Positions 1 to 13,800 of a stretch of DNA of 64,000 nt are shown in pieces; the stretch's first letter is position 1; every line of letters starts with the position of its first letter. Made by a program: the position numbers and the translations under genes. Origin of the DNA: Marsupella aquatica (Eukaryota; Plantae; Marchantiophyta). The notes beneath the pieces were generated by a model. That model saw only the letters and a program-made list of their open reading frames with translations. It had not been told where the DNA came from and did no database searches. The stretch spans positions 8,208,234-8,272,233 of the forward strand of contig OZ316894.1 of assembly GCA_973895155.1 (NCBI GenBank), read 5' to 3'.

Positions 1-140
1 AAGTTTCCTTGATACTATACACTATTCACATCCATAATGACCAATTTGCTGGTTTGGGCTCAGATTGTACCTAAACAATCAAACAATTTATAGCACTATG
101 AAAAACATTATACATTTTAAGTATAGTCAAAATAAAATCA

Positions 141-3100
141 TTACTTCTTGTTGCGCAAAATCTGCTGAGGTGTCTTCTTCACCTTTGGCAGCATAGTAAC
201 TTTTTCTATCACCGAGGGTCTCTTTGAATCCCGTCGAGTGGCACGACCTGGAATGACCTTGGAACCAGTCTTAGGAAGCTCCATTCTTGTTGCCAGAGTC
301 GTTTGTGAACAATCTCCATGAGAAGTTGAAACTAATGGGATCCCCAAAAAAGGAGGTGGTAATTCATTCAATCCATCAGCGTAGGCTGCAGCAGATGCTT
401 CCTCTTCCCAAGGCGCAATTTTTCCCACCTCCGGTATGTCTTGATCTTCAAGGTTAGTGGCTTGTTGGATCCAAGGATGTTCTTCACTATCTACCAACAA
501 ATCACTCTCATTTGTTTTAGGGTCCATCGATGTGTGAGACACCTTTGGTTTTTCGGCCAAAATCATAACAGGATCCACTTGTGCATTGATTTCAACATTT
601 CTTGTCTCTAGAGGATCCATTTGCTCCCTTGCTAGGTTGCTGTCAACATTTCTTGGCTTTGTCAATGTGAAAGGCTCATCCAAAATATTAGCCTCAACCA
701 CTAGAGGATCCATCTGCTCCCTTGCTAGGTTATTGTTAGCATTTATTGGCTCTGTTGATGTGGGACGCACATCCAAAATGTTAGTCTCAACCACTAGAGG
801 ATCCATCTGCTCCCTTGCTAGGTTGTTGTTAGCATTTCTTGACTCTGTCGATGTGGGAGGCACGTCCAAAATGTTAGTTTCAACCATTGAAGGATCCATT
901 TTCTTCTCCACTGGATCACCATCAACATTTACTTGCTCTGTCGATATGGGAGACGTGCCCAAAATGTTAGTTTCAACCAGTAAAGGATCCATCTGCTCCA
1001 CCATTGGATTCACGACCAAAGCATTGTCTCTTATTGTTTCCTCGTTTGGAATGAAAGAATCATCTCTCTTCACACCCAAATCTTGGATGATTGCTTGTTC
1101 ATAATCACTTTGATAAACTGCACATGTATCTAGGGTAGCATCATTAAGATTAGACACGGGTGTATCTATAGAGTTAGTGATAGGGTTGGAGATTAGTTGA
1201 TACTCCTTCATCCAAGTCCATTTGTTAATAGTGCTTTTAGGTTCACTTTGAATGGCAAAAACATCAATAGGAGGATCTCCAACCATTTCACATACTTCTG
1301 TTGCATAATAGACATTATCTTGTAAATTAGTGATTTGTTCAGGGGTTTCCAAACCGGAGCGATGAGTCAAAGCTTCATGCCAATATGCTCTTGCTTTCCA
1401 CCCATGAAATTGAGCTTCGCTTCGAAAGAACTCATCCCAATCTATTGTAGAAATGTGATCTGGGCAACTGGTTTCCTGATCAGGAATATAATTTTCCCAC
1501 ACAAATTTGCGGACAATCATTCTTCGCTCATTTTTACTTTTGGTTTCATCAAATGCCACTTCATTTTTGTTTCTTTGATTTGATTCTTGCACCCCAGCAC
1601 GGCTACAATTTGATTGGATATTTTTAACATTCTTTGCATTTAGATTTGAGGTAGGGCATCTTCCTTTGGTCATTGAAACTCCTTGTTCCTCGACATTGAG
1701 CTCTGGTTCGGTTTGGAAAGCCCTGAACGAGTCAAGAATTTCCATTGAATCATTTGGTGATTCCACGTGATCCAACTTTAGTGGCTGCCAAGCATTCGGG
1801 GAATCAATGTTATCCTCTTCGTCCTCATCCTTGTTCTCGTCCTCAATAGAATTGGTTTTATCTCCTACAACGAAAACAACAAACAATAGATAAATATGGT
1901 GAACCAATAAACTTCTAATTATTTTTATTTATTAAATATTGCTATTAGTTTGCTTTGCCTAATTTCAATGACTACATGATGTATTAGACAAGTGTTTTCT
2001 ATATTATGTTAAGTACTAATCTAATTTTTCACAAAATTCCAGAGTAAGTTAATCTATTTATAGAATTTAAGCGATTCATTTGACAAGTTAAAACTATGAT
2101 TGGGTTGTTCAGTTTGTATTAGTATTTGCTTCAACTCTAGTTGGAATTATTATCCATTTGAAATGTTTGGACTATACCAAATAATAGGTTCTATATTGTC
2201 TTGATAAATTTATCTAACTTCACACATCCAACTTGTTCCAACCATGGTTCATTCTAATATTTTCATCAATCAATCATTCTATATCAAATCATGTACATCA
2301 TTCTCTTGAGAACATTGATTTATAATTCATGATTCATATCTGGCATATGACAAGTTTGGCTACTTAATTCATCATTAGCTATTGAATATGGTAGTTTATA
2401 ACAAATGGTAGTCATATTAACCTCCAAGTGGATCAGTAGGAACATTGGTTGGCATTTCGTAGACTTTGTCATCTGATTCAGGAATGTTGCCCAATCCATA
2501 TTCCTTGATCACACGAGCAATACTACTTTCACCAAGGTGTAAGGTATCTTTGCAAAGCTCAATAATGTCCTCTCTCATATTCTTCTTGGCCAAATTATAC
2601 TTCATCAATCTGGCAATATTTTTCTCTAAAATACTTCGAAGTTCACATGATGCTTCTTCAGGCTGATCATGATTAAACTTGTTTGTGGAAGAAAAGAACT
2701 GCGTAAGTCCTTCGTGATTAGACTCGTCACAATATGAACGTACCCGAGCTCCCAAGTTCTGCAAAACCATGAGACTGAGTTTTAATACTTGGGATTTCAA
2801 TATAGTTGAATAATTAAATGAACTTTCAACTGTAAGGTTTGGGGTTTAAAAACTCATACCAAAAGGGAGTGGATCAGATGTCGGCCATCTCCAAAACAGA
2901 CAGAAAACTTGTCAAATGAGACAAGTTGAGAAGTCAAGTTATCATAGAAACTCTTGCTTTTCTCCCCAAGCTGAGTCTGCTATGCAACATCTTCTGTTGT
3001 CTCTTCATAATTCTTCAAACATCCTGCTTTCTTAAAGCTTAACAAAATTTTTCCAGAAATCTCATCTGCCTCACATTCTTCAGTGAATGACACTTTGAAG

Positions 3101-5640
3101 AATGCATAAGTTACAAAAAGACAATTGACATCATAAATTGTCGATGTAGAAGATGACGGTCGAGATTGTGTCCAGTATTGTTTTGTGAATGCAACATAAT
3201 GTGGGTGTGCTGAAATGGCACTCATCACAAAGAAAGAGTCGATCGTAGATGATATCACTACCACGACATGAGATGGTTTGGACCCAATCATAGAAGCTGC
3301 ATCAAAGAATGCTTCATATGTCTTCCGTGTCATGGGACTTATTCCAGGTATCATGGTAGCATCCAAGAATATGAATGTTGCCATTTCTTTCAATTCCAAG
3401 ATGATTGGACGAAAAAATGCAGGAGTTCCAAATCCCTCATTTGAACAAAACCTAAGTTTTGAGTCAAGTTTCACAACCACCGGATTACCTTTTCCATCCA
3501 TTGAAGCCCTGATTGACCATATCAAACTCTTAAAAACTCCAGGCAAAAGATTTTGCAACTTGTCATTTCCAGTGTTCTTCGTTAATGATTTTGGGATTAC
3601 TGCAGGTCCAAGCGTAGTTCGAAGTTTTTCAACTTTATCTGGAGTAAGCTTAAAAAAAGCTCGCATTGCATTCACCTTCTCGATTCTCTGCTCCATGGGC
3701 AACGCTCGTAGTTTCCCCTTAGGCATATTATCTTTTGCAAGATATTTCAAAAGCAGTATCTCAAACTCCTTATCCTGCTTCTTTTGAACGCAATACTCAT
3801 CAAGAGCAATGAAATCTTCTTCGATAGGAACTGCATCTATCTTCTTTGCAATTCCGCTACTTCGTTGCTTCATTAGTGAGATCTTCTTATTGGTAAGAAG
3901 ATACCTTGCAATCTTCATCAACACTGCATCTTCAACACCAAGAAAATCCCGAAATGTTCTTCGTGCCACCTCCCAAGCTCCTCGAGCAGAATCTTTCTTA
4001 ATAACATCTCTCTGTAAGAACCCATTGAAAGCAACCAATTTTCCTTCTCTTGACATCTCATAAACTTTCATCCACAAGTTGAAGGTGGAATCTGTCATAT
4101 ATAAGATGAAAGGTCCAAGTTCACCCAAATTAAATTTTCCATTCTCCTCTTTAGCCCAAGGGATGACGATCATTGCTGCTTTTGAGAAGTGCTGTTCACA
4201 CACAACTAAAATCATTAGGTGGATACGAACCATGGTTAAAATCATTAGGTGGATACGAACCATGGTTCACACTGTTATACTTTTCACATTCTATTGCATT
4301 CAGATGCACTAGCAAAAGTTAAACAAGAATAAAAACAAACTTATGAAATATATGACTCTTACCTTCCATTTTGAATCTTTGGTGCTGTTTGTCTCTGAAG
4401 GAGGACATCCATAACTTTTCCAAATATCTCTGACCTATCTTGCAATCAAGAAAAATTGGGATTCATCCATCGCTGTGTGATGGACATGATTCAATGTCTT
4501 TGATAATCCCATCATTACCAGGTTCCCAGCCAAATCATATGGTGCCCAAAACATCACGGCATCAATTGTAAGGCATTTTTGATGAATAGCAGCATCCACT
4601 GATTCATCATTCAAAAGTAATCGGTAAGCTATGACTGTGTGCTGGCCTCCAATTATCCAAAAATGATAATTGTCAATTTGATCAAGGATCGGTGGGTGTG
4701 ACAATGGAGTCCCACAATAGCCAACTTCATTGCTCCTGCTCTCATCCCAAAGCACTGGGATGAGGAAATAAACCCGCTTCTCAAAATTTACCAACGACTG
4801 AAATTTCATCGAGTTGGCAAGGTCCCTTGAGTAATCAGGGTCATGTACTCTACATTTTACAACATTGGGTGCAATGTGGCATTTCGAATTTTCAACATTG
4901 AAAACTCTACTATCAAAGATGTTTGCTTTTTTATAAACACCATTGAAACTCTTGCAAAGATCTCCAATGTTTTCTCCAGTGATCACTTTTGGAAGTTCTC
5001 ATGTTTCAAACTTGGATTGCTTCTCAAGTTCCTCCTTCTTTCCAACACGAAATGTTTCCGGGAAGGTGCATTTTGCCCATGCCAAGATGGATAACATGTA
5101 CCTCTCGATGCTTGGGCCATTTATGAGTGTAGAAACCTTTGGGAATGTGGGATCCAAAATGGTTGAGAATGCCTCCGGAGATAATCTGCAATTTGCCTCA
5201 ATGTATGTTTGGTCAAACATCCCAAATACCTCTCTGGAGAAACAATAGCAAATCCTATTGTTTTGTGATTCATCGACGGTATCCTCCTCGACCAGAAGGA
5301 CCAAAGCCTCTTGACAGTCTTTCAGGTTGACATTTTTCTCATAAACACAACTGAGAATTCGAGAGTCTGACAATACCAAAGTCCCCTCTTCAGAAGCGAC
5401 GCACATCCGAAGAACATTCTTATCAAGCACCACTCCCCAGTGCTTCATATCTTTCTGTTCAACTCGGACAACAGTATCGGTGATGGTGGATTTCAATGTC
5501 ATCTTCCTCCCACGAAAATTAGTGATGGAATTCACTCCTGTGACACCCTTTCTAACTTTGGCTTTCCTTTTTTTTGGGCTTCCATCAGTTTTTTCCAAAG
5601 ACTTCCGCTTCTTCTTGCTAGTTTCTCCTTCGGATGCCAT
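141..5640 (-). pseudogene. Spliced gene A: ParB/Srx-like domain + degenerate beta-class amino-MTase fold + acidic repetitive tail (transposon accessory gene, disrupted)
   Basis: ORFs 4999-5640, 4435-4986, 2980-4263, 2417-2800 and 141-1907 join through a frameshift (~4990), in-frame stops (4435, 2980) and GT-AG introns (~4206-4362, 2759-2859, ~1866-2424). The ParB-like core KCRVHDPDYSRDLANSM...YHFWIIGGQHTVIA parallels QVRHIEPYFLTQL...YHYYVIGGNHSACA of gene B. The C-terminal half follows the strand/helix order of the gene B MTase. Confidence 0.65.
575..1010 (-). repeat. Coding minisatellite, ~93 bp / 31 aa unit, 4-5 degenerate copies
   Basis: Repeated NNLAREQMDPLVVETNILDVxPTSTE in ORF 141-1907; plus-strand ggatccat(c/t)tgctcc(c)ttgctagg recurs. 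Confidence 0.85.
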
Positions 5641-5837
5641 GACTATGTGCGTTCTCGCTCTGCTTCACAACAAAAACAAATTTGATCATAAGAATACTGT
5701 CGGCAAGATGTGTCAAGGATATTCTTTAAAGAACATGTTGAATGTTCAAAGAAACCAGATATTTTGAAATGTTTGACTTAATTTTCTCCCAGGGATAGCA
5801 TAGAGTAGTTTGGATTCTGGCAAAATGTAGATCATCA

Positions 5838-6835
5838 AACCATGGTTCATGCTGCAAGCTCTAAATCTAGATGAAATCAAAGATGACTAGGGATAGTGCA
5901 AACAAAGGTTCATGGAATAATATTTAGCTTTGAATCTAAATGAATTGAATCAAAGACTACTCGGACAGTGCAAACCAAGGTTCGTGCAAGATAGCTAGCT
6001 GTGACTGATATTTATTCTTTGTACTGCAAACCATGGTTTGCTCTGCAAATGGTTACAGGGAATGAACTTCAGGACAAATCAATGGGGACACTGCAAACCA
6101 AGATTCGTGCAATGAGGGCTTGTGATACTTATTCTCAGTAGTGCAAACCATGGTTTGCACTGCAAATGATATGACTTTCACGTTAAATGAATGGCAACAC
6201 TAACAATCAAAATGAACATGAAGTAATAAGGCTCGGATATCAATAGGTCCCTTTGTGCAACAAGGTCTAGAAAAATTGACTAGGAAGATAAACTTCAGAG
6301 CAAACCATGGTTCATGCCCTTGAAAGCAAAATTGAGCTTCATTAAGATTAGAAATTGGACTGGGTGGACATGCATGATGTGCAAATCCTTGTTTGTGCTG
6401 CAAGTACAAATGTAAATCCATTTGCTAGAAAATTGTTGGCTGGAAGGACAGCCAAGTCCAGATGTGAGTTGTGATAGTGGGAGTCACATATTACCCCTTC
6501 ACAGCACGAACCATGGTTTGTGCCACGATAGGTACAAGGCACCAGGTTTGGAAAATGTAATGCCTCAAAGGAAGGTGAGTTGAGGTCAGAGTGGTGGAAT
6601 TAGACTTAACATAAAGATGTGCAAACCATGGTTTGTGCTATATGAAATCATGGAAATCTATTTCAGAGACAGGGCCGACTGGGAGGATAATCGAGGTCAC
6701 TTGCTTCGCAGCACAAGCCATGGTTCATGCAGCAATTGATAAATGTATTGCCTCAAAGGAAGGCTAGCTCAGTTGACCACAGAGAGGCCAAGGGGACACG
6801 ATGTGAGAGACAGTTGAATTGCACATCATGGTTTG
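5838..6835. repeat. Cluster of palindromic AACCATGGTT (extended GCAAACCATGGTTTGC) motifs upstream of gene A
   Basis: Exact copies at 5838, 6029, 6146, 6303, 6509 and 6624 plus several near-matches; a perfect 22-bp palindrome AGTGCAAACCATGGTTTGCACT at 6140-6161. Confidence 0.9.
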
Positions 6836-9800
6836 AGCTGGAGGGATAAAATGCAATCCATTTCATAAAGTGGGATTGCTCGAATGATAGCTGACTTAGG
6901 AGTGGAGTGATTTTATTGGGACTCCACAACATGGAACGGATTCAGGAAATGCACTGGCCGTAACGACTTAGCTGCTGGCCTCAGGGATGATTTCTTTGAT
7001 AAGGTGTACAGTCCGTAACAGCTTACTTGAAGGATTCATGGATTGAGTTAGGATTGTGGGAAGAAGGGGATATTACAATCCTCCATAAACTTTTAGTTGT
7101 GACCTCCAAGTTTAGACTTTGGTTATTGTTAATGAACATAAAATGACCTTTAGGAATAGTCAAGCACAATAGGACAAATCTTGCTATGGCAATCTTCAGC
7201 ACACTCTGGACTACAGAGATTGAGGGCAGGTTACCTATGATCAAGTGCACTTCAAGTTAGCTCAGCAACCCTGCTCAGACCAGCTCAAGCCTCAACAACT
7301 CCGCGCTGATGGGGATTAGAAAAAGGGATATATGCCACGTTTAGGCCAGTTATTGAGATGAGAAGGGGTAGCTCGATCCACCTTCCTAGACTGCCAAACA
7401 CATCCAAGATCACACTTCATCATGTGCTCACAAAGCCAATATCAAAGGGTATATATTCAAACAGATATGCCATAACAAGAAGTTTCCAATTAACAAAGGC
7501 TCCAAAACAACGATAGAGACTTAAGGATGTCCAACAGTATAATCATGTAGCAGCACTTACCACTGAGAATAGTCCTGGCCTTCACACAGCATGTGAGAAT
7601 AGTCCTGGCCTTCCACGCCTTTACGCAGCATACTGCACCACACAAAGGAACAAAACCAAAAGTTGAGCATTAAAACTCTTACCAATCACAACGAGTTACA
7701 AGAACATGACTCAATACTGAGAGGCATGATCAACAAATGAGTCAATCCGCCCAAATAGCAAGGGCGGAGGTGACAAAGGAACACTAATTTAAAGAACAAC
7801 CACTTCTGAAGGGAAAAAAAGACAATCTGATCAAAAGCATGTGAGATTTGTAGAACCAAATGAAAACATACAACCAAAATTTAGTCTTCCTACCGCGTGC
7901 TTGGAAACTCTATTGTTGAGTGTTGCTCTAAGCTACTATCTTCCACATGGCTGCCAACAGTAAGCAACAACAGTTTGCTGCATTAATTGTTTGAATGGGT
8001 CTGTTTGCACAGCCAAGCATACACTCTGACAAGCATATTATCGACATGTAGCATCATAATGAAACTAAGGCACTTGATTCTTGTACACTGAACTGAGTAG
8101 ACAGCCGGGTAGACTGCAGACTGTGAGAGTGTGAATGTTAAATTAGACCAAGACGTGCAAGTTGGACAAATGAGTTCATGTTGTGACATAGGTAGTCGTC
8201 CCCCCGACCTCTCTACTCTACTCTACTCTACTCAATCACATATATGCCAATATATACATTATCGACCCTTACTGACTGAGATCAATTCCTAGATCTTAGA
8301 AGGCCCAGAATCTGGCCCAAAATATTTGATCTAGTCATTTTTAATTTACCTCAAACTAAGCCCTCGATATATCAGACTAAATATTCAGCTTCTTGCCATG
8401 ATCGATTGATTAGTTATGAATTAGCAGCAAATTTTTAGATTAATTTCTTAAACTCTACGTACGTCCATATACTAGTCTGAGTTGTCTTTGCACAGAAACC
8501 AAGCCTTGTGCTAAGAATGCTTGCAATTGATACTCATCCATACACAGTCCCAACAAAGATACCTCTCCTTGAGTGACTCGATCTACGGACTCTTTAGCAT
8601 TATTGACAGGGCTGACTTCTGGCACGTAGAGGCTAATTATATGCAGTTGCCCAATAATAGTTTAGTGCATACCCAAATCTGACCTGTGCTTTTACTGTCA
8701 ACGGCTACGCCTGTTGCTCACTCTATTGTGTTGAAGTCAAAGTTGTCTTGGACCTACATGTCCAGGCAACAAACTTTAGTATCACAAGGCCACCACTAAA
8801 GAAGATAAACAGTGAATATAATTTTCAACAAGCTAAAACAATGAACTGAAACTTTGGCAAACCCACCACAGTATTTAATTGCATGCAGCAGAAAACGATG
8901 AGATGCACATAAAAAACTTTACAAATTATATTCATGTACGTCTACAAGACAATTTATCAATGCCATTGCTCTTGGTTAGAACACATGTCGGAAGCAAAGT
9001 GATGAATCAATATGTAGAGTACATTATAGTTTCATAATTTGTGTTGTCTGACGTAAAACTAGGAGAGCAATATTCCTCTTCCAATCAAAGTGGTAAGAAT
9101 ATTAAAATAGACAGGGAAGTACCTTCCTAACAATCACATAACCTTGGTAATGAAAACCAGATCTACCTTCTGTTGTTGGTGAAGTACGTTGTTGGTGAAG
9201 TAGTAGTTTAACTCTGAATAGCATCCCTGGGAGGATCTCAGCACTAAATTACATATTTGACATGCAGCGCTCCTGTCCAATGGAAGTACAAATGACATCA
9301 GAAGAATAAAGAAGATGTGTCCATCTACACACAAGACAAATGTACTACTATTTTAATTTTATGCTGTGTAGCTATCCTTCTGATTACAGAATTGTTTTAA
9401 AATTTGGCACTTGTTAGATAATCTCACGCATGGATCTAGATTCTAGTTTTTGTCAGGCTGACATCGACATTGAGAATTAAATTCTAATCTATTGCAAGCT
9501 TTGTCAAACTTTCTAAGTTTGAATAACACTGTATGGTCAATTCGTCTTATCCTTGTTCCAATCAGATTGCTAAGAACGTTAAAAATAGATAGGGAACTAC
9601 TGTACCAGGCTTCCAACGATCACATAACCTTCAGAATAAAACCGAGATCTATACCTGTTGGGAGAAACTAGCTCTCTGGGAGAGGCGCAACAATAAAATA
9701 CATCGCCGACATGCAGCGCTCCTGTCCAACGGAAGCAGGCATAGTGTTAGGAGAATAGAAAAAATGTAGCTGTCATGCAGAGCTCCAATGAAAGCACGTA

Positions 9801-10189
9801 AATGTTACGGAGTAGGAAGATCTGGAAACCAAATGTGTCATTCTTTATACCATTGGAAAGAAGAAGTCAAGCCGCATCCAACAAACCTAGACACTCAGGT
9901 TTTGAGAGAAAGAGGAAGACGCAGTATGAATCGTAAGTAGGCAAAAAAAATGCAAAAATAACATAGCTAGACACAGAAAAATGCATAAATGTTGACTGGG
10001 TCAATGTGACACGATTTTCAATAATACTGGATGAAAACAGGCGATTAAGGCATCGTTGGAAAGGATTTTCAAATGCTTTTGAAACAAGCCCATGAGCAAG
10101 ACTTCTTGTTGAGTAAACACTGAGATCGGAAGACAAGTCAGAGAAGGAGATTGAAGGAACATCAATCCTCCATTACAACCGGGAGCCAG

Positions 10190-10815
10190 GAAGAAACGAA
10201 TAAAGAACAGTGCAGGTGATGGGAACTGCTAGCAAACCGCTGCGGCAAGGCTCTGCTTGGAAGAAACGAATGAAAAACAGTGCAGGTGATGGGAACTGCT
10301 AGCAAACCCCTGCAGCAAGGCTCTGCTTCACTTTGGTCGATATCAAAATTATACACATAGATGCAAAGTGACGACATACATTCCACATACAGGCTAGCTC
10401 ACCTATTCTCCATCACTTTCACATCAAGTCACCTCAGCGCAGCACTCACTCGGCGATTACTCACAGTCCTAGCACTCACTCAGCAACGACTCACAGTCCT
10501 GTATTCCAGCTCAATCTTGCCAAAACTTAGCTCAACTCCAGCTCACGGTTGAGTCCAAATCATTCTTCAGCTCCAACTCACAGTTCAGGGTCTCAGCACT
10601 TGCACCAAAGCACAACTTGATGTAGCTCTCGCTCCAAACTTTCCCGCAACTCACAAGATTGACCTTCAGATTTTGAGCTCCCACTATACTTGCTACTTGA
10701 CCTAGCAAACTAACTTGATGTAGCTCACGCTCCAAACTTTCCCGCAACTCACCTTACTCGTAAGATCGAATTCCAGATTTTGAACTCCCACTATACTTGC
10801 TACTTGACCTAGCAC
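10190..10815. repeat. Local direct duplications (~69 bp pair; ~40 bp blocks repeated ~105-120 bp apart)
   Basis: aacagtgcaggtgatgggaactgctagcaaacc x2; aacttgatgtagctcNcgctccaaactttcccgcaactcac x2; ctcccactatacttgctacttgacctagca x2. Confidence 0.75.
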
Positions 10816-13800
10816 GCCCTACCTTGCAGGCACTCACACAGCAGTGCGCACAAGAAATCCACTCAATGTGAACTTTTCACCCAAAACATGAGCGGGAGAC
10901 ATGCACTGAAAAATGGGACATTAATTCAAGTTAGAGGAAATGGAGGGAACCCTTGCCATCAAATTTGGCTTGGCCATAAGGAAAAGCGGAGGATGGCTGG
11001 CCATAGCTTTTGCACAAACTTAATTATTCAAAAGGTTTATTTTTTATTTTTCAGTAACCTCTTCATTCACTTATGATCAAGACATATATCCAATTGTTAT
11101 GGCAAAAAGTGATAAATTATGACTTCGGTAGTTCATAACTTGTTCTGCCCATAAACTGTCCACCCGCCTGTCCATAACTTGTGATGTCTGTATGTAAGCA
11201 ACTTTGAGACACATTATTTGAAACTTTGAGATGCCTTATTGGTTTACATGGTTCAAGGCCATATTGGTTAGTGTCACTACTGAAAAATATGACATTGGAA
11301 AGTGTGCCATTGGTTAGTGCCAACCTCCCTCAAAGTCTTGAGTTGGCACAAGTTGTTCAGATGGTCGGCACTAGACATTGATCGAAGATAATGGAGCCAA
11401 CTGTTACGTGGAAGTTCCCATTGATATAACCGTGCATCCTCTTACACAAAACAGTAGTCCAACTTACTGACACTAGAAGAAACCGGCCCGTTTTGAGACC
11501 TGGAGATGTGTGACTTGTCCAAGACCTTCATGAAATAGCGACTCCAAGGTTGTTGGTGTCATGTTAGTCACACCTTCTTGACTGAGTTTTGGTGAAGTTT
11601 TGCCAAGTCATGTTTACAACTTTTAGGTAAGTTGCAACTATAACTTAGTTAAGGCAATTAGGGTGAAGTTATACAAGTGACTCTACATTAGAGTACAACT
11701 TATGAGACTACTACATTTGAACCCTTAAACCTTAAAGTATGGGATCCGCGACCATATACATATGATTTTGGATACACCATATGTCATTCCACATCAATTT
11801 AATAATAGTTTAGTCATACCATTCTAAACCATAATTACTTGATCTTAGATAGCATTAGTTTTCTTTTAGGCTCATCATTTGTGCTCTTAATTAATGAGCA
11901 TGCAACAAGGCTATTTTAAGGTTAATCCTAGCCTTGTGCGTTCATTTAATCTTTGCTCATATTGTGTTGTGTCAAATTTTCTTTAGGGTTTACAGCTCAT
12001 GTCAACGCAAAGTGGTCGAGTGTCACTGGGTTCAGTTCTCTCACTAAGTGTTAAGGTATGCATTGTGCGTTGCCTTTGGATACGAGTTTAGGGTGCGCGG
12101 GTTTTTCAACAGGAAACACACCAGCAGAGTGCAAATGGGAGTTGAAGGTGCGCGGGAACTCGGAGGTTTTTGTCAAGGAAAAACTTGGATGTCCATTGTG
12201 CTTACCAACAACCATCGTTTAGGGCGAGGAGCTTTACGGACTTCCGCTTGTCGTGCTTGAGTGTACATCTGCCCTCTATACTTTTGGGAGCTTTGGACTA
12301 GAGCAGATGATCGGAAGCCTTGGACGAGAGACACAGACTCCAATATCCAGCTCGTAGATCAATCCGTGATTGATTTTGTCAGGTGTGCGACCTTCAAGCT
12401 CTTCTCCATTGTGCGCTTCCAGTTGAATGCTGCAAGGTCTGAATACTATCGGGAGCTCGCATTTGGGCCAAGGTTTAGGTATTTTGTCATTGGAGGACTG
12501 AGCTGTGGGTTTAGGCCGACTTACTATGAGCTTATGTTGTTGCAGCTGTGACCAATAACTGAGGAGCTGCGACCAGGAGCTTATTTTGTTGCAGCACTAC
12601 CATGGACAAGGGGTTGTGGAGGATCGGGGAGCTGCGACGTAGAACTGAGGAGCTGTGAAAAAGTGGGGAGTGATCTTGAAGGCCAACTATCTAGCGTGAG
12701 GTGGATCATCGTGGTTGCAACAGCGATCGGGCCCTTTTTTGCATTGGCATTGTCAGTAAGACAATCTGTGGACGCGCGAAAGAGTCGCAAGGAGTTGTTC
12801 TTGTGGGCAGAGATTGGAGTTCACATTTGGTAAGTCCACCTCAATAATGACATACATTATAGGTGGAGGCAATGTTATGGCCTCTTGTTGTCTTTAAACT
12901 CATTCTCCACTCACAAGAGAATGAGGATTGATTGTGTCCTGAGAAGCTTAACAATTTATGTTGTTGACATCGTCCACATTGAGTGACAGTGAGCTCAAGT
13001 CAGTGAGTGACCGATCGAAGGGGACATTTGTGCTCTTCATTACATGCTTGGGCAAGAGTGATTGATGTACTAATCGCAAGCGCTCCCAAGTATCCATTTG
13101 TCGTTAAGGCTTGAAGCTTCACCGGGAGCTGCGACCGTCAGTGGGGAGGAGTTGGAGGTTGTGTTGCGCTCGTACACAACCTCCAAGGTACAAGGCAGGA
13201 GTTGTGCAATTTAAGGTGAGAGTCAATAGCTTTTGGGATTCACCATCTTTCATCGTTGTCATCGCTGCTCTCGTCTATCGCTACGGCCGATTGCTGCTCT
13301 GCGTTTTTGCTATGGGTTGCCAGTCTGCCAGATGCTGAGTGAGACAGAGGCTACAACCTGGGTGCGCAGAGGTCCTCACTAATCCCATGGTTTACAGTTT
13401 GCAAAATGTGACAGCCCCAGTGCACAGTGAGGTATAGGGTGTGTGAGGTATAGGGTGTTCTTACTCGTGCTACAGTCGCTTTGACTTGCTGAGTTCCAGC
13501 AAATTGAGTTTTAGGTGCGGTCAATGAGAGTTGAGCTGTTTGAGCTGCGGTCACTGAGAGTTTAGAGTTTGAGCTGCGGTCACTGAATGCTGGCATTGAG
13601 GTGCACGCCCTTCACATTGATCAGTGAAGGCTACGGCCGGGGTGATTATGATAGTGATTCCAATGCAAACCGTCCAGGTAAGATTTATGTGACATTGTGT
13701 ACAATGAAAGTGGCCCTGCTTATTGACTGCTTAATGTTTGTGTTGCAACTGGCAGCAGATGCATGGAGTGCAGCGAAGGGAGGCGCTATTCATGTGAGCT

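Noticed and set aside
586-5767. Plus-strand ORFs (586-1104, 3278-3787, 3809-4063 and others)
   Set aside because: Antisense shadows of gene A exons; no recognisable domains.
5838-6835. Palindromic repeats with unique spacers resembling a CRISPR array
   Set aside because: The repeat is only 10-22 bp, spacing is irregular (~60-200 bp), there are no cas genes and the context is eukaryotic intronic DNA.
7000-10150. Short minus-strand ORFs and a diverged ~200-bp duplication (9085-9280 versus 9570-9735)
   Set aside because: No coding signature; ordinary local duplication.
10950-11470. CACTAC at 11275 and gtcataa/ccataa-rich sequence suggesting an older CACTA host element
   Set aside because: No partner TIR or TSD found.
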